NCBI GenBank assembly: GCA_964568585.1
Contig: CAZMQI010000001.1
Coordinates: 449 to 64,448 of the forward strand
Origin: an uncultured Rhodospirillales bacterium
GTDB taxonomy: Bacteria; Pseudomonadota; Alphaproteobacteria; UBA9219; RGZA01
Length of the DNA stretch: 64,000 nucleotides
Reading direction: 5' to 3'
Shown here: piece by piece, positions 20,312-29,974 of the stretch
How positions within the stretch are numbered: the stretch's first letter is position 1
Layout: each line of letters opens with the position of its first letter
Notes under the pieces: generated by a model
Databases searched by the model: none
What the model saw: the letters and a program-made list of their open reading frames with translations, nothing else
What the model was told of the DNA's origin: nothing
Made by a program: the position numbers and the translations under genes

Positions 20312-22069
20312 ATGGCAATGACAAGGGAAGAAGCACAACGGGAGTTAGATGCGATTACTGCTGCCAGCGGTAATTTAGGTACACGCATAATTGGTGACAG
20401 TCAGTATCAAGCAGCGTTTAGAAAAACAGACGGGTCAGTATATTCGCTGGCAGAGTTGGATGGTGTCGGCCCCACATCCCCACTGATATACACTCAAAAA
20501 TCTCTAATTATAACCATGACGCGATCAGGACTGCGTGACGCTATGGCTGAAGCCGCACGAAAAGGCACATCCATATTCATAAATGGTATTCCCGTTGCTG
20601 CTGGTGCAGACCCGCTTGCAGGTGTTTCCTCGCTAGCGGATCTCAATAATATCAATGTTGGCCCCGATCCTGCTTATGTCGCAAAACTGCAAGCGATTGC
20701 CAATCCTACTGCTGCGGTACCGCCGATAGTACAAGCACCACCTGTAATAGCACAGACTACGATTATTCCACCCGTTGTAAATCAACCAAGACCTGAACCA
20801 GACAAGATAGTACCAACCGTTGCATCCCCACACGCAATACCACCTGCAATGCCTGCGGTTATTCAACAAAACGCTTCACCTGCACTCCAACAGCCAACTG
20901 TACCTGACCAACGTCGCCCAGCGGTTGTGCTACCGCCAGCCGCTGCTCTTGCACCAGCACGTCCTGCATCACAGCTTTCACTCGGGAAAATAACGCCGCA
21001 AACAACGGTGTTGGATTTGATTGTAAATGGCGTTCAAACATCAAACGATGCTGAAGCAGCAGGCCTTAGAGCTGTTGCGACCGAAAAACTGACCAAAGAA
21101 CTCAGCGCAAAACAACCAGAGCTTGCCAGTAACCCGCAGGCGCTAGCTGCTGCAGTTCAGCAAGGCCTGCCGAATTCCATTCGCGGTCTTATTCTTGATT
21201 TAAGTAAAGACAAGAACGTACAACAAAAAATTGCCAGTGGGTTTCTAGACGCTATGCGCCGTGAAAACCCAAGCGCGGAACAATCGGGCTTTTATCAAAA
21301 CCTAAAACGCCTTTCCAGCAATGAACAAACCTTCGGAGCGTTCCTCAACACCAATATGCTGGAAGGCATCACCAAAGATTTCGAACAACGCGCGCGCGCC
21401 GAAAATGGCGGCAGAGTCCCTGCGACGGTTATGGATGCGGTTGCCAATAACATCATGCGCGTGAAGCCAGAAATCAAACAGTACAATGACCGGCTTGGAC
21501 AAAGCATAAATGATTTTGTGTGCAACCCTGAAATCTCTCGGCAACGTCTGTTACAAAGCGCATCCACCCAACGCGAAATCAGGGAGGGTGTCGCTAAATT
21601 CAGACGGGAACATCCGTTCCAAACGTTTTTTGCCGATATGATTGGCACCAACATGCATGCCGAAGGTGAAAAACGCGCATTGGCAGAAATGACCAAGCGC
21701 GGCATGCGTGACAAGAATTATTCGCGCGAAATCCAGTCAGGCTTCATCAACGAATTTAACAGGCGCGCAGAAACCGAAATGCGCGGCGAACAGCTTGAAA
21801 ATATGCGCGCATTCACAAGGCATTTAAGCCATCTACCCTATAGCCGTTTTATTCAGGAAGACATCAGCCCGCGCCGCATGTCGGCCATCATTTTAGGTAT
21901 TGAACGTCCCGGTGAAGAACGCGCGCCAACACGCCATATCATACCGCAGCAACTGATAACCAGAAATCAAAGCCCGCATGTGAATGTGGTGGCCGCACAA
22001 CCATCGCCAGACCCCACAGCCCTGCGGCAGCAGCAGCCCCCACGTCTTACCATCCATAACGTGGGTTAG
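20312..22069 (+). CDS. Hypothetical 585-aa protein with central proline-rich low-complexity linker; no recognisable domain
   Basis: Long ORF with an N-terminal ~140-aa region, a ~90-aa Pro/Ala/Val-rich segment (…AVPPIVQAPPVIAQTTIIPPVVNQPRPEPDKIVP…) and a ~350-aa charged helical C-terminal region. No signal peptide or TM. Confidence 0.5.
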   Translation: MAMTREEAQRELDAITAASGNLGTRIIGDSQYQAAFRKTDGSVYSLAELDGVGPTSPLIYTQKSLIITMTRSGLRDAMAEAARKGTSIFINGIPVAAGADPLAGVSSLADLNNINVGPDPAYVAKLQAIANPTAAVPPIVQAPPVIAQTTIIPPVVNQPRPEPDKIVPTVASPHAIPPAMPAVIQQNASPALQQPTVPDQRRPAVVLPPAAALAPARPASQLSLGKITPQTTVLDLIVNGVQTSNDAEAAGLRAVATEKLTKELSAKQPELASNPQALAAAVQQGLPNSIRGLILDLSKDKNVQQKIASGFLDAMRRENPSAEQSGFYQNLKRLSSNEQTFGAFLNTNMLEGITKDFEQRARAENGGRVPATVMDAVANNIMRVKPEIKQYNDRLGQSINDFVCNPEISRQRLLQSASTQREIREGVAKFRREHPFQTFFADMIGTNMHAEGEKRALAEMTKRGMRDKNYSREIQSGFINEFNRRAETEMRGEQLENMRAFTRHLSHLPYSRFIQEDISPRRMSAIILGIERPGEERAPTRHIIPQQLITRNQSPHVNVVAAQPSPDPTALRQQQPPRLTIHNVG

Positions 22070-22082
22070 TTTATTTCCGTGA

Positions 22083-23153
22083 TTATTTCCGGCCTGTGGT
22101 TGTTTTAAAGCTTATCGGCAAGCCTAACACTTCACGTACTGCTAAATAAGCGAATGCTTGCGCTTCAATCGCATCGCCATCCAGCTTTAATTTTTCAATT
22201 GAAATAGTTTTGATACCCGTAAGCTTATTCAACCGCTTCAGCAGCTCGCTATTCTTACGCCCACCCCCACATGCGATAATAAGCTTTGGTTTTTGTGGGC
22301 ATTGCTTCAATGTTTTAGCAATTGCTGCAGCTGTCATTTGCGTCAAGGTTGCAGCGCCATCATTCACACTTAAATGTTTTGGAATGCAGCTTAAAAACGC
22401 GTTCCTATCCAGCGATTTTGGCATCTTCTTTTTAAAATACGGATGCGCCAGAAAACATTTCAGCCATGCGGCATCAACCTTGCCTTTAGCGGCAACTTTT
22501 CCGCCCTTATCAAATGCGCCTTTCTTATGCTGCTGCATCCAGTCATCAATCAACGCATTACCAGGACCAGTATCACAGGCCAGCAATGTTCCCGCGCCGA
22601 TATAGGTGATATTCGCAACGCCGCCAATATTCAAAAAAACCACGGGGAGTTTTTGCATTGCGGCCAATGCCTGATGATATACAGGCACCAAAGGTGCACC
22701 CTGCCCACCCGCCTTCACATCCGCGCTACGGAAATCATACACAACGGGAATGCCAGTAAGTTTACACAGCAACTTCCCATCACCGATTTGTACGGTCATT
22801 TTCTTTGCAGGCTCGTGGTGCAGCGTATGGCCATGAAAGCCGATGCAGTCAACATCACTGGCTTTCAATTTATGTTTTTTCAAAAACTGCTTCACTGCCT
22901 TGGCATGCAGAACCGTTAATTCCTTTTCCAAAGCAGGGGCTTTACGTTGTCCCAAGGCCGCTTTAATTTTTTTACGCAAAGCCGCGCTGTAGGGGTAGCT
23001 TGCGAACGCGCCTGTTTTTACAATGCGTTTGCCATCCGTTTGCAGTGTTGCGACATCAATCCCGTCCATCGACGTGCCGCTCATCAGCCCAATGGCATTA
23101 AATAAGCGTTTTTTAGGGGCATTGATTGAGTTTGAATATTTGGTCATAACCAT
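22083..23153 (-). CDS. anmK: Anhydro-N-acetylmuramic acid kinase
   Basis: N-terminal …IGLMSGTSMDGIDVA… ASKHA-fold ATPase motif. Divergent from tyrS as in many proteobacteria. Start trimmed to MVMTKYSN… (23153). Confidence 0.85.
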   Translation of the reverse strand: MVMTKYSNSINAPKKRLFNAIGLMSGTSMDGIDVATLQTDGKRIVKTGAFASYPYSAALRKKIKAALGQRKAPALEKELTVLHAKAVKQFLKKHKLKASDVDCIGFHGHTLHHEPAKKMTVQIGDGKLLCKLTGIPVVYDFRSADVKAGGQGAPLVPVYHQALAAMQKLPVVFLNIGGVANITYIGAGTLLACDTGPGNALIDDWMQQHKKGAFDKGGKVAAKGKVDAAWLKCFLAHPYFKKKMPKSLDRNAFLSCIPKHLSVNDGAATLTQMTAAAIAKTLKQCPQKPKLIIACGGGRKNSELLKRLNKLTGIKTISIEKLKLDGDAIEAQAFAYLAVREVLGLPISFKTTTGRK

Positions 23154-23191
23154 TATGCTAAAACCATCTAAACAAAACTGAAACAAAAAAG

Positions 23192-24427
23192 ATGACCAAC
23201 TCAACATTCCTGCAAACGCTTCACGCACGCGGCTACATTCACCAAATCACCGATGAAAAGGGATTGGATGCTGCAGCTTTCAGCAAAACCATCACCGCCT
23301 ATATCGGTTTTGATGCGACCGCAGATTCGTTGCATGTCGGAAATCTGGTTTCGATTATGCTCCTGCGCCGCTTGCAACAGGCTGGACACAAACCCATCGT
23401 TCTAATGGGCGGCGGGACGACAAAAGTCGGAGATCCATCGGGTAAGGATGAAACCCGTCAATTACTAACCGATGATAAAATCGCCGCCAACATCGCATCC
23501 ATCAAAACAATTTTCGGGAATTACTTGAAATTCGGTGATGGCCCAACCGACGCCATCATGGTCAACAACGCTGACTGGCTGGATAAGCTGGAATACATAT
23601 CGTTTCTGCGTGATGTTGGCCGCCATTTCACCATCAACCGCATGCTGACCTACGACAGCGTAAAAATGCGCTTGGAACGTGAACAACCCCTCACATTCCT
23701 TGAATTCAATTACATGATTATGCAGGCCTATGATTATGTGGAACTGTACAAACGTTATGGCTGCGCTTTGCAAATGGGTGGCTCTGACCAATGGGGCAAC
23801 ATCACCAATGGTACCGAACTGGGTCACCGTATGGCACAAGCAACTCTGTATGGCCTTACAACCCCCCTCATCACCACATCATCCGGCGCAAAGATGGGTA
23901 AAACAGCAGCGGGTGCTGTATGGCTCAAAGCTGACAAACTCAGCCCATATGATTATTGGCAATTCTGGCGCAATACCGAAGATGCGGATGTCGGCAAATT
24001 CCTTAAACTATTCACTGATGTTCCGTTGGATGAAATCGCGCGTCTATCGGCACTCCAAGGCAATGAAATTAACGAGGCAAAAAAAGTTTTAGCATTTGAA
24101 GCCACCAAATTATGCCATGGCGAAAAAGCGGCCGTTGAATCTGCTGAAACCGCACGCAAAACCTTCGAAGAAGGAAAGGTTGGCGATAATCTTCCAACTT
24201 TCACAATTTCGAAAGCTGAATTACAAAAAGGTATTCCGCTTATTGATGTGTTAATTACAGCCGGCATGGCCACAAGCAAAGGTGAAGCAAAACGTTTAAT
24301 CGAGGGCGGTGGTGCAAAAATCAACGATGTTGCAATCAGCAATGTCAATGAAGTGGTACGCAGCGATGGCAGCGACATCAAACTCTCGGCCGGAAAAAAG
24401 CGCCACGCGCTTATTAAATCCGCGTAA
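23192..24427 (+). CDS. tyrS: Tyrosyl-tRNA synthetase
   Basis: HIGH-type motif (…[18 protein letters not shown]…), KMSKS-type motif (…[11 protein letters not shown]…) and C-terminal S4-like domain. Confidence 0.95.
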   Translation: MTNSTFLQTLHARGYIHQITDEKGLDAAAFSKTITAYIGFDATADSLHVGNLVSIMLLRRLQQAGHKPIVLMGGGTTKVGDPSGKDETRQLLTDDKIAANIASIKTIFGNYLKFGDGPTDAIMVNNADWLDKLEYISFLRDVGRHFTINRMLTYDSVKMRLEREQPLTFLEFNYMIMQAYDYVELYKRYGCALQMGGSDQWGNITNGTELGHRMAQATLYGLTTPLITTSSGAKMGKTAAGAVWLKADKLSPYDYWQFWRNTEDADVGKFLKLFTDVPLDEIARLSALQGNEINEAKKVLAFEATKLCHGEKAAVESAETARKTFEEGKVGDNLPTFTISKAELQKGIPLIDVLITAGMATSKGEAKRLIEGGGAKINDVAISNVNEVVRSDGSDIKLSAGKKRHALIKSA

Positions 24428-24450
24428 TCAACATTTTTGCACGTGATTGT

Positions 24451-24468
24451 GGTTAAAAATGGTTAACC
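24451..24468. promoter_or_regulatory. Palindrome GGTTAAAAATGGTTAACC (TTAA-N6-TTAAC plus CATTAAC repeat) upstream of the second Ldt paralog
   Basis: Read directly. Shares the GGTTAA…TTAACC arms and a downstream CATTAAC with the 8836-8851 site. Lies ~80 nt upstream of the 24546 ORF. Confidence 0.25.
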
Positions 24469-24545
24469 CCCATTAACTTAAGTAAGGGTTTGTTATTCAA
24501 ATTCGCGAATAATAGGCCTTTGTTTATTGATGATTCCGGATAGTC

Positions 24546-26006
24546 ATGGCGAACCCGTTTTTTGGCTCAACACCATCCGCAGGCTTGATGCCTGATGACG
24601 CATTGCGCGCTGCAGGGCTTGAACTATCACCCGCAACGCAGCAACTTTATTCCAGCCCGCGCGCATTATTGTGGGTCAACAAACCGAACTTGTTCGAGCA
24701 ACTGCGCGCCTATGCGGCATCGCACGGCATCCACGACACCTTTGCCGACGCAACCACCATCAGTCGGCTTCTTGCAACACGTGACCCGAATGACCGCGCC
24801 ATTGCCGATCGCATGATGACCGAAAGCGTGATACGCACGGCTAAAGAAATTACTGGCACAGATGGCAGCAATTTCGCTGCTGTGTTTGCTGCTGCGATGG
24901 CTCCACGTAACAGCCCTTCCGCCGCGCAAGATCAGATTGAAACAGCATTAAATGCGGCAGGACCACAGCACCCTATTTATAGCAGCATGCGTGATGAATA
25001 CGAAAAACTTGCACAGCACGGCAATATGAACAATTCGAAAATGGTCAGTCTTCGCGTGAATATGGCGCGTATCCGTCAAAATGGATTTAGCGAAGATATC
25101 AATCCCAATTCCATCCGCATCAATATCCCCGAAGGCCATGCTCGTTATAATATCAACGGTATGGCTGGTGAATCCCGCGTGATTATCGGCGAAGCGCCAC
25201 GCGAAGGGGGGCCTATTAAAACAACGCCCATTGCACGTGGCACCGTGGAAGCAATGGAAATGCAGCCCACATGGTATATTCCCAATTCCATTGCACAGCG
25301 CAAAGGACTGTATGACCCGACTTTCCTTGCAAATTTACGTAGAGAATATCAGGCATCCGGTCAGACAGGCCGCATGTATAGTTTTATCGGGCCAAGCGGC
25401 GAGCGTTACAATGTCGATTGGAATAATTTCAATAATCCCGGCGTAAGCCCGTTTTCACAACCGCCGTCACCTACCAATCCGCTTGGCGCGATAAAAGTCG
25501 TGCTTGGCGGTGAGTTTGGCCGCAATAGCATTCGCCTGCATGACACTGTTGCATCGGAACGTACATCATCCTTCAACAAATATGCACAAAGTTCAGGCTG
25601 CATTCGTGTGCAAAATATCGCGGAGGTAGCCGGTGCATTGGCCGCCGACCAATCGCTGGGCACGCAACATGGCTATGCCAATAACCGCGATTTCTTTGCA
25701 GCGATTATGCAACCAGGGGTCAATGGTCCCGATGGACGCCCGCAATGGGCGCAACCACACTATGCTGGTCAACGTATTCCAATCCAGCGCGGTATAAAGG
25801 TTGAGACCACCTATAATACTGTGTCATGGGATGCACAGAACCAGCGTGCCGTTGTTCACCGTGATATTTATCGCCGTGACGCGCAAGCAGATGTGCCGTC
25901 ACGTAACGCCATGCCAGCTATTGCATTCCAAAGCGGAGCTATTGTGCCAGCGGTGGATAATAATCAACGTCAACTCACCGCCGCTGCACCATTTTTCACA
26001 ACTTAA
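24546..26006 (+). CDS. YkuD/L,D-transpeptidase catalytic-domain protein without a recognisable signal peptide (YcbB-type paralog)
   Basis: C-terminal …IRLHDTVASERTSSFNKYAQSSGCIRV… matches the YkuD H…(S/T)xGC(I/V)R active site. …MQPTWYIPNSIAQRKG… parallels …INPSWYVPASIAEKDL… in the 7279-8808 protein. The N-terminal 200 aa are unassigned and have no hydrophobic leader. Confidence 0.6.
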   Translation: MANPFFGSTPSAGLMPDDALRAAGLELSPATQQLYSSPRALLWVNKPNLFEQLRAYAASHGIHDTFADATTISRLLATRDPNDRAIADRMMTESVIRTAKEITGTDGSNFAAVFAAAMAPRNSPSAAQDQIETALNAAGPQHPIYSSMRDEYEKLAQHGNMNNSKMVSLRVNMARIRQNGFSEDINPNSIRINIPEGHARYNINGMAGESRVIIGEAPREGGPIKTTPIARGTVEAMEMQPTWYIPNSIAQRKGLYDPTFLANLRREYQASGQTGRMYSFIGPSGERYNVDWNNFNNPGVSPFSQPPSPTNPLGAIKVVLGGEFGRNSIRLHDTVASERTSSFNKYAQSSGCIRVQNIAEVAGALAADQSLGTQHGYANNRDFFAAIMQPGVNGPDGRPQWAQPHYAGQRIPIQRGIKVETTYNTVSWDAQNQRAVVHRDIYRRDAQADVPSRNAMPAIAFQSGAIVPAVDNNQRQLTAAAPFFTT

Positions 26007-29000
26007 GGAGCTGCAGGTGTATGTGGTGCCGCGGGGGCTTCCTCAGGTTTCACTTTTGTGATGTCCTTATCCATAAACAGGATATTGCGTAAAATGCCGG
26101 GCGCCAGCACCGATACCGGATTGACCGAAACCTTCGCTTTTGAAATCGGCCCTTCCACGCGGTAGGTTGCGGCAAATACCCCCTGCCCGTCGCCGCCAGT
26201 TAAAATATCGCCAATCACCGGAATGGCAGAGAGAATACGGCTGATAAAATAAACAGGGATAACCTGCCCTTCCAACTCCAGCGTGCTTTGTTGTAAATCA
26301 ACCTTACCCGCAACGGTCAACCCTAACGAACCGCTGGAGGTATGCGCCTTATCAATCACAATCGTATCTTTGCTCCAGATATATTCGCCGTTCAATTCGC
26401 CAAAGCCAAGCCCATCACCGCTGAGCATCATCGCCAAACCATCCGGCGAAATCGCACTGATGAGCTGAGCCAAAGCAGGCATATTGGTAATACGGTAATT
26501 GTCCATTTTGATATGACCAAAGATATTGCGTAAGCGATCGCCCGGCTCACTCTTGCCATCAATGTTCAACCTACCACCAATCATGGTATCAGTCACATCA
26601 AGCGAAGCGAGGATATTGCCAAGATTTGGCGTGCTGGCAGACAGCACTGTGCGTCCAGCGTTTGGTTTGACACTGAAATTGAATGGCGTTTTGTTTTTCG
26701 CCATGACGGAGGCGTCGAGCATTGCCCAGCCGAATTCATCACGTGTTCCTTTTATATTTACATCCGAGAGTTCTGCCTTCGCACCAGTAATAATACGCTT
26801 TAACTGCACATCTACCTTTAATGGCGTGGATGCTTTGGCAGGCGCAGGAGTTGCCTTCGCATCAACTGGAGATGCATCGAACGCATGACGAATATCCAAC
26901 ACATCGCCGATGATTTGAATACTCGGCACACCATCGCTGCCACGCGTGAACTCGGCACGGGCATGGGTCGCATCCAGTTGCAGCGGGTTGATGGTGAGCT
27001 TGGATAAATGTTGGCCAGCATCAAAGCTGCCCTTGCCATCAATGGTGACATCTTTGCCGCGAACCTTTAATTCGCTTAGCTCCATCGGCTTGCTGCCGCC
27101 CCATTCCAAGGTGGTAGAAAATGTGAATGCTGTATTGGCGGGTTTAATATAAAATAAATCCTTTACTTCAAGCTGTGTTGTGCTTGCATCCCCGCTTATA
27201 GCTAATTTTGAGCGTACCGTGCTGCGCTCATAAGTGACATCCACCGGAAATGGCGCAGCACTGCTCATCGCCAGCTCGATTCCGAATTTCTTGATGTCTT
27301 CGGCTTTCGCATTACCTTTGATGCTAGCTTTACTTAGCAATTCATCAGCATTCGCGGCTTGGAATGTTTCAACCCATTCTACCGTAGACGGCACATCATT
27401 CAATATACCATCGCCTTTAAATGACAACCCGTCCTTGGTGACCGTTAAGGCGATATTGCCCTTGGATACGTCCACGAGCCCTGCAACATTCTTCATGGTG
27501 CCATCGGTGATTTTGGTATCTGCCTTCAACTCAATCTGTTCGAAAAGCAATTCTTTAAGCAGCGGAAACGCGATGTGCAGCGTTCCATTGACCGTGCCAC
27601 TGGTTTCTTTGGGGACGATGCCGATTTTTTTAGCATACCCCATCGGCGGACGATCTAACGCTTCCAGCAGTGCGTTCGCTGGCGATGTTACATTTGCATC
27701 CAGTGTCATCATTTGTATTTCGGCATTCAGCCCATCAATAATCATGTGGGACGGATTTATTTTTACCTCACCCATTTCGCCGCCAGTGATGTTGATATCA
27801 AAGCCGTTATCCGTAAACGTGCCCTCGCCGTTCAGTTTCTGGATATTGGGTAATGGCTTCCATGCCGTCATATCCAGATTGCTAACCTTTATCGTGCCAT
27901 GCACATCTTTAAGGGCTGCTGCGCTTACATCATTCTCTGGCACCGTCATAGCAAGTTTTATAACCACCTCATCCAACTTGCCTTTGTGAATGTTCTCTAA
28001 AATCCAATCGCGCGCGTTTTTACCTGCGTTTTCCGGCCATACCTCTCGCAATTGCTCAATCGGCACATCTGATAGTTTAAACGTCGCCGCTACATCACGT
28101 GGCGTTGACCCCACATGGATATCGGCATCGCCCTGCAAAACCATTTTTTCAAAATCAAACCGCAAGGGTTCAACGCGCAATACATTATCCTTCTTATTAT
28201 ATCGTGCAACAATCTGGCCTGATTTGAACGGCAAGGCTTTTGGATATAAATCGGGAATATTGATATCACCCTTATCCAGATTAAGGTTCAACCCGCCATC
28301 AATCACATTCACATCTTCATCAAGACTAAGACTAACTGAGCCGGTCAACGGCGATGATATAAAATTGAATGCCTTAAACTGGGGAATGCTGTCAGCAAAA
28401 AGCGATGGGTTTAAATGATCGAATGAGCCAGTAACGGTGAATACTTTATGCGCCGCATCGTAATTCAACATAAAATCAATAGCGGTCTGCATTTTGTTTT
28501 TAGAGATATTCAACCCTGCTTTGCCTGCATAATTGCCCCTACTGCGCTTTAGCGACAATTCAGGCATCACCGCATTCCATGTGATTTGCTTGCCTTCATC
28601 ATTCAGGGTAATGCCGCCATTGATGATACTGAGATTAGCAAATAGCCCGAGGCCAGCCGAACGGGAATTGGGCGAATGCAATATATCGCTTAACAAAGCG
28701 ATGAGTTCTTCCTTTGAAATATCATCCTTAGATTCACTTTCCGATGGCGGCTCCACCGCATTTTCGTTGGTGGCTTCACTGCCAGTACCCATAGCACCAA
28801 GATGCAGGACACCAGCAGGATCGATACGCATATGCATATGCGGGTTTTTTACGGTCACATTCCATGGGCTGCGCGCGTCATCCAGATATCCCATCGGACG
28901 CAAACCCAATGTGATTTCCGGAATGGTTGCGATGCTTTGCTCCAGCCTGTCTTGCAGTTTCACATCCTTCAGCTCAAGCACAGCGCGATGGCGTTCCTTA

Positions 29001-29224
29001 TCCCATGTCAACAAACTGTGGCCGATTTTTGCATCGACACCATGTTCTTGCGAACTCAGCAAATTCTCGAATGCGGGAGTTAATTCCGTGATGGCAAGTG
29101 GGCCTTGCGTCAAACGCAGCGCAAGCAAAAACACGCCTATGAATAGAGCGGCGCCGCAAAATGCCAACCCTTCCAGTAATAATTTGAATGTAATTTTTAC
29201 GTGTTTAATTTTTGGGTAACGCAT
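26003..29224 (-). CDS. AsmA/YhdP-like (DUF3971-type) large inner-membrane-anchored envelope protein
   Basis: 1073 aa. Single N-terminal TM anchor (…LLLEGLAFCGAALFIGVFLLAL…) followed by a long beta-rich periplasmic region and a Pro/Ala-rich C-terminal tail. Overall architecture resembles the AsmA-like lipid-transport family. Confidence 0.45.
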   Translation of the reverse strand: MRYPKIKHVKITFKLLLEGLAFCGAALFIGVFLLALRLTQGPLAITELTPAFENLLSSQEHGVDAKIGHSLLTWDKERHRAVLELKDVKLQDRLEQSIATIPEITLGLRPMGYLDDARSPWNVTVKNPHMHMRIDPAGVLHLGAMGTGSEATNENAVEPPSESESKDDISKEELIALLSDILHSPNSRSAGLGLFANLSIINGGITLNDEGKQITWNAVMPELSLKRSRGNYAGKAGLNISKNKMQTAIDFMLNYDAAHKVFTVTGSFDHLNPSLFADSIPQFKAFNFISSPLTGSVSLSLDEDVNVIDGGLNLNLDKGDINIPDLYPKALPFKSGQIVARYNKKDNVLRVEPLRFDFEKMVLQGDADIHVGSTPRDVAATFKLSDVPIEQLREVWPENAGKNARDWILENIHKGKLDEVVIKLAMTVPENDVSAAALKDVHGTIKVSNLDMTAWKPLPNIQKLNGEGTFTDNGFDINITGGEMGEVKINPSHMIIDGLNAEIQMMTLDANVTSPANALLEALDRPPMGYAKKIGIVPKETSGTVNGTLHIAFPLLKELLFEQIELKADTKITDGTMKNVAGLVDVSKGNIALTVTKDGLSFKGDGILNDVPSTVEWVETFQAANADELLSKASIKGNAKAEDIKKFGIELAMSSAAPFPVDVTYERSTVRSKLAISGDASTTQLEVKDLFYIKPANTAFTFSTTLEWGGSKPMELSELKVRGKDVTIDGKGSFDAGQHLSKLTINPLQLDATHARAEFTRGSDGVPSIQIIGDVLDIRHAFDASPVDAKATPAPAKASTPLKVDVQLKRIITGAKAELSDVNIKGTRDEFGWAMLDASVMAKNKTPFNFSVKPNAGRTVLSASTPNLGNILASLDVTDTMIGGRLNIDGKSEPGDRLRNIFGHIKMDNYRITNMPALAQLISAISPDGLAMMLSGDGLGFGELNGEYIWSKDTIVIDKAHTSSGSLGLTVAGKVDLQQSTLELEGQVIPVYFISRILSAIPVIGDILTGGDGQGVFAATYRVEGPISKAKVSVNPVSVLAPGILRNILFMDKDITKVKPEEAPAAPHTPAAP

Positions 29225-29347
29225 CAGAAAAAAGCGAAGAGATTATAAACAGGATGGGAAGTGCCAGAGTCTTAGCTTGACTCTTATCGATGGTATCATC
29301 ATTTTCATTATTGCTTCCATACTTTTAACATTCATCAGGGTACAAAA

Positions 29348-29971
29348 ATGGCTCAAGCTAAAAAGACTGCCGCTAAATCATCACCGAAAAAAGCAATCAA
29401 AACAGTTGCGAAATCAACTCGTCCAGTACTTGCAAAAAAAGCGCCTGTAAAAAAAGTACAGGCAAAAACCGCGCCAAAGAAGGCTGCAGTAAAACCAAAC
29501 GTTAAAAGCACCCTCTCCATTGGTAGCAAAGCGCCAGCCGTTTCATTGCAAACATTGGAAGGCACCGTGAGCCTTGCAAAACTCAAGGGCAAGAATGTAG
29601 TGCTCTATTTCTATCCAAAGGATGATACACCCGGCTGTACCAAGGAAGCCTGCACTTTCCAAGATAACCTTCCAAAATTCAAAAAAATGGATGCAGTTGT
29701 GATTGGTATTTCAAAAGACAACATGGCTTCACATCAAAAATTCGCCAAGAAGTACAAGTTGAACTTCAACCTTGCCATGGATGAAAATGCGAGCATTGCA
29801 TCCGCATTCGGTGCATGGATTGAAAAAAGCATGTATGGCAGAAAATATATGGGGATTGATCGCTCGACATTTCTTATTGATAGCAAAGGCGTTGTGCGTA
29901 ACGCATGGCGCAATGTGAAAGTCCCCGGCCATGTTGAAGAAGTGATGGAAGCTGTAAAAAAGCTTAAATAA
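29348..29971 (+). CDS. bcp: Peroxiredoxin Bcp (thiol peroxidase) with ~55-aa Lys/Ala-rich N-terminal extension
   Basis: Bcp active-site motif …YFYPKDDTPGCTKEACTFQD…. N-terminus MAQAKKTAAKSSPKKAIKTVAKS…KKAPVKKVQAKTAPKKAAVKP is histone-H1-like. Confidence 0.8.
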   Translation: MAQAKKTAAKSSPKKAIKTVAKSTRPVLAKKAPVKKVQAKTAPKKAAVKPNVKSTLSIGSKAPAVSLQTLEGTVSLAKLKGKNVVLYFYPKDDTPGCTKEACTFQDNLPKFKKMDAVVIGISKDNMASHQKFAKKYKLNFNLAMDENASIASAFGAWIEKSMYGRKYMGIDRSTFLIDSKGVVRNAWRNVKVPGHVEEVMEAVKKLK

Positions 29972-29974
29972 GAG

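Noticed and set aside
27234-29219. Plus-strand ORFs (27234..27989, 27990..28418, 28533..29219) inside the AsmA-like gene
   Set aside because: Ser/Ala/Leu-rich low-complexity antisense translations of a long beta-rich gene with no starts with RBS. They are mirror ORFs caused by composition.
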